A program made the translations under genes and the position numbers. Below the pieces are notes generated by a model that was not told the DNA's origin, made no database searches, and was given only the letters and a program-made list of their open reading frames with translations. Shown here in pieces: positions 60,438 through 64,000 of a stretch of 64,000 bases of DNA (its first letter is position 1; every line of letters starts with the position of its first letter). The DNA lies in the NCBI GenBank assembly GCA_964036045.1, contig OZ038378.1, positions 16,368,001-16,432,000 of the forward strand, written 5' to 3'. The stretch is from Eutreptiella sp. 'Long Island Sound 2002'. Lineage: Eukaryota > Protista > Euglenida.

Positions 60438-60462
60438 TGACAACAGGATCAAAACTGCATAA
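60438..60462 (+). CDS. Candidate terminal exon of the EFCAB10-like gene (I-DNRIKTA-stop)
   Basis: Acceptor tttgcAG at 60437 is phase-compatible and gives the C-terminus WKQHIDNRIKTA*, of the expected length. An alternative AG at 60446 would give MIKTA*. It is too short to be certain. Confidence 0.3.
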
Positions 60463-61405
60463 GCCGGTGCACAGACTGCTGAGACACTTTTCAGCCTCAA
60501 CCGCTCAACAATTGAAAGGTCCAAACCCGAGTTCGTGATATTTTGACCAGCCCAGTTTCCCCCCGGCCTTGGCTGTCATTTTGCAAGAGCGAATATGGGG
60601 GTCTGGAGTGTTCAAGTTGGAGCCCCACCACCCGCTATCCGTGCAGGCAGGAAAGGAATGTCGCGAAGTGCGCTACAATTTGTTTGGCAAGCATTTGCTG
60701 TTAGGGGCTGGGTCATGCCTGTGACAGTTCTTTCTGCACATGACAACACTTTGCTTGACACTGCACCCCACTGCTGTTTTGTTGTGATTTGGTTTTCAGC
60801 CTTGGCTAATATTGCTGGTCCTGGCATGGCTGTGAAGTACATCTGGTCCATCCGCGAAGAAGTGCCCGGCCAATACTATTGGTAGCAAACCCCCTCCCAA
60901 GCACACAAAGGGTGCTTTGTCTGGCCAAGGATGCGTGCAAATTTTGCTCAGGAAATGGCGCAGGGGGTCTGAACACAGATTTGTTAGTTTTCATCGGTTC
61001 AGTTTGCTGCTTGTCTTAGAAACGTTTGACAACCGTGCACGTAAACAAAGCAACATTCGGTACGGCAGCCTGTTACCCTCAGTCAGTTATTGAGACAGCA
61101 GTGGTATAATCTGCTTGAACTCAAGCAATTTGTTGGTTGATCATGGCCAACGCACACGCACGCACGCGCGCGCACACAGACCTCTGTTATATATTGTTCA
61201 CCTCCCCACACACCCACCAACCCTCAGCCCCTCAAGATTTTCAAGGTCTAAGTGTCGGGGGTTGTAGACTCGCGCAACTGGGATTCTTGTTCAAGTATGC
61301 ACCATTCAGACCCGTCTGAAAGGGTATCAACAGTGAGTCCAGAGACGTCCCTCACGTGACGTGTTCATTCGACCACAGCTTGACGCCTTCCGCTCCAGGG
61401 ACGCC

Positions 61406-61703
61406 ATGGCTTCGGTCCGATCTCGCTGTCTCGCCATCGACCAGCCGCTGTACCATACGGCGCCCCCTGCCCCTAATCAGCGCGCCCGTATGCTCTTGCG
61501 CCAGGCCGTACTGTGCACTGTGGCGTGCATCAGCCTTGCGCTCCTGTTGGGCGTCTGCAAGGCAGCAACGACATGGCGCGTGCTAAAGACTGCTCATCCC
61601 TCCGCGTGGCTGCCCGTTTCACTTTCGGAGGCTCCCGGGCACGTGCGGGCCAAGCGCCCCGCGATGCCCGGCCATCAAAGCTCATACAAGGCGGTGCACG
61701 CAG
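61406..61703 (+). CDS. Exon 1 of a protein with an N-terminal signal anchor or plastid-targeting-like presequence; function unknown
   Basis: ATG at 61406 after AGs at 61378/61398. MASVRSRCLAIDQPLYHTAPP...AVLCTVACISLALLLGVC is a long n-region plus a hydrophobic helix, followed by an Ala/Ser/Pro/basic segment. Donor GTATCG at 61704, phase 1. Confidence 0.6.
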
Positions 61704-62672
61704 GTATCGGGCTGCGACCACCGGCTTCTTCGCTCATGTCCACATTCCCCATCCACTCGACATGTGCAGCGGTCCCCAGCGGCATGTCCCCCGCCCGAGT
61801 CCTTCGACTCCCGTTTGTGACTTGCCGTGTGCATTGCTTGCCCCTCAGATGATGGGGGGAAAGGGGAAATGGGATCCCCTGCCCCCCCCCCCCCCCCAGG
61901 CCCAACCCCCCATCCACGGATTTTCCGCCCAGACGCCCCCAAGTCCAGCCCAGGTGCGTGCCCAAATCACCCAAATCCCCCAAAAACAGGGCAACAGCCC
62001 GCAGTGCACGCAGCATCCGGAGTGGACTTGAGGGGTGACTGGGACCCGCATGCGCGGGTATGTGACGGCCTCACACGCCGGGCAGTGCTGCGGCCGTGCA
62101 GCAGGTGTTTCTCCCATTTTTGATCACTCCCTTTGTGGACTCATGGCCTACAGCGTGTTCCCGTGTTTCTCCGCTGCAACAAATGGTTCTCTGCTCCCCC
62201 ATCCGGACGCCCCCACCCACCCACCGTCCGAACTGCGGTAGAAAGGACTGGACTGCGGGAACTGCACCTCCGGGGGCTTGGACAAGCACATTGGAGTGCA
62301 TATCCGAGTCTGGTCACACGGGTCCCCAAGTAGCCCCCACTACCCCCACCTCCCCCCCCATGGCCTGCCACAGCATCGAAGCGCAGCAAAGGCCAAGGAG
62401 CATGTGCCACACCGCCTCATTTAAAAATGTGATGCATGCGCTCGATGGTTCCAAAAAGTCGCTGAAACACCGCCTCGTGCGGGTTGAACGGGAGGGGGTT
62501 TTGAGAGTTGTCCCACTGGTCCTTGTCCAATCGTATCCCTTTGTCCTGACGCAAGTGCTGTCCACAAGAGCTCGAAAACAAACCCTCGGACACCCGCTGA
62601 GGGAAACACAGAAACAATGGGAACGCCGCGCTACTCGCCACAACTCGCAGGCCTGTGATTGTCTCACTGCAG

Positions 62673-62809
62673 ATCGCCCTCTTGTGACCAACGCTGAGGC
62701 GGAGGATCATGGGCGAATGAAGGTTCGTTTCAACGAAACGCAGGACCAAGAACTCTGTCGCCCACTAAATTATGTTTTGGCCCAGTGGCCTGTAGTACGA
62801 GCCCTTCAG
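62673..62809 (+). CDS. Exon 2 of the same gene (continues beyond the window)
   Basis: Acceptor cactgcAG at 62672, phase 1 match, 137 nt open (DRPLVTNAEAEDHGRMKVRF...VVRALQ). Donor GTTAGC at 62810. Confidence 0.55.
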
Positions 62810-63289
62810 GTTAGCGGCCATCCCACGCCCGGGGGATTGAATGTCTGAGCGGATTAACTTGTTCAGGGGCTTGTGAGTGGTGCGCGCAGGGGATGCCGCG
62901 CCCTCCGGCCCTACGGAGGGACCCCTGCAGCGCAGTTTGGACCGTCAGGTTGGTGGATGGAAGGTAAAGAACCCTTGACAAACCGGGGTGGGCTGAACCA
63001 AGCACAATGGCGCGGCCACCGTGCGGCGTAAACCACCCAGGACAGCACACAGGTGCACACGCCACCTGCATCAACCACAAAGGAGCGCATGCCATCCGTG
63101 AAGCGCACGCCACCCGCAACCATCAAGGAGTGCGCCATGCACACGTGCAACCCACACAGTGGTGGGGTGCTTACTCGCCCCAGTCGCAGGCCAATGTAGC
63201 GGGGAGGCACATGGTGGAACACCAGGACGCCGCATGGAGGGGTGGAAGTGTTGGGCCGCACGCACACAGAAACGCGGCGAAGCGTGTGG

Positions 63290-63795
63290 TGGACGGCTTG
63301 AGTGCAGAGGGGAGTGGGCAGCAAAAACCGTAAAACGACCCCCCCACCAACCAGCACAACCCCAACCACTGGGCTCTGCAAACGCGGAAACGACACCACA
63401 AGGAACACAGACCGCAGCGGCCGTCAGAACACAGCGACCCGACGCAGCATGCGAAGGGAAGAACGGGTGACTGTGCAGGGCCCCACAAAGAACAGCAACC
63501 CGACGGACCACATGCCCACGGAAACACAGCGAGGCAGGTGGTGGACGACCAGAATGCGGAGGGGAGTGGGCAACAAAAACCAAGACACGACCCCCGCACC
63601 AACCAGCACAACCCCAGTACGTCAATTTCTGGGCTCCGCGAATGCGGAAACGACACCAGCAGGAACACAGGCCGCAGCGGCCGACAGAATGCAGCGACCT
63701 GACCTAGCATGCAAAGGGAGGAACGGGTGACTGTGCAGGGCCCCGTAAAGAAACAGCAACCCGACGGAATGTTACACATGGGGGGCGGGGAGGGG
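63290..63795 (+). repeat. Repeat family A, diverged copy with the 3' module in tandem
   Basis: The module gggctc.gc.aa.gcggaaacgacacc...gccgcagcggccg.cagaa...gaacgggtgactgtgcagggcccc occurs twice and ends in cggaatgttacaca plus a G-run. Confidence 0.85.
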
Positions 63796-64000
63796 GGGGT
63801 GAATGTTTTAACGGATCAACTTGTTCAGGGGCTGACGTCCCCCTGGGGGCGGGGCGTTGAAATGTGAAATCCGGGGACAAGACAGCAAAAATCGGCGGGG
63901 GCCAGAGGAGATAGATCGCAGCCTCAGGCGTGCGTGCCGCGTTGCAACATCCGAGTGCTGGTTGGGCACTCCACGGCAACGTTCGAGGGTGCAGCTGTGT

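Overview
Eukaryotic, repeat-rich, intron-rich genomic DNA. It is most consistent with a euglenid (inference): long GT-AG introns, pyrimidine+AG sites just upstream of start codons as expected for SL trans-splicing, TTAGGG-type telomere-like motifs, and a plastid-presequence-like N-terminus. Five protein genes can be supported, all on the + strand. (1) A multi-pass membrane protein with an internal TIR domain that keeps the catalytic Glu (2643-4829; 5' exons probably upstream). (2) A six-exon SPX-EXS (XPR1/SYG1/PHO1-like) phosphate exporter of about 744 aa (14929-29192), with an intact transport core but no InsP-binding lysines in its SPX domain. (3) An intronless U-box + EF-hand + (PPPNQAPY)n protein (34579-36390). 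(4) A small IQ + D/D + EF-hand EFCAB10-like protein spread over at least 5 tiny exons (44097-53224, last exon uncertain). (5) The first two exons of a signal-anchor/presequence protein (61406-62809, running off the window). The rest is introns and intergenic DNA. It holds a discoidin pseudo-exon, a pogo-like TIR element, degenerate retroelement remnants (one with an atypical FRDN motif where RTs have YxDD), a dispersed ~470-bp repeat family, minisatellites and microsatellites. Most ORFs in the supplied track are spurious products of these repeats. All translations, splice models and alignments were done by eye; no database searches were run.
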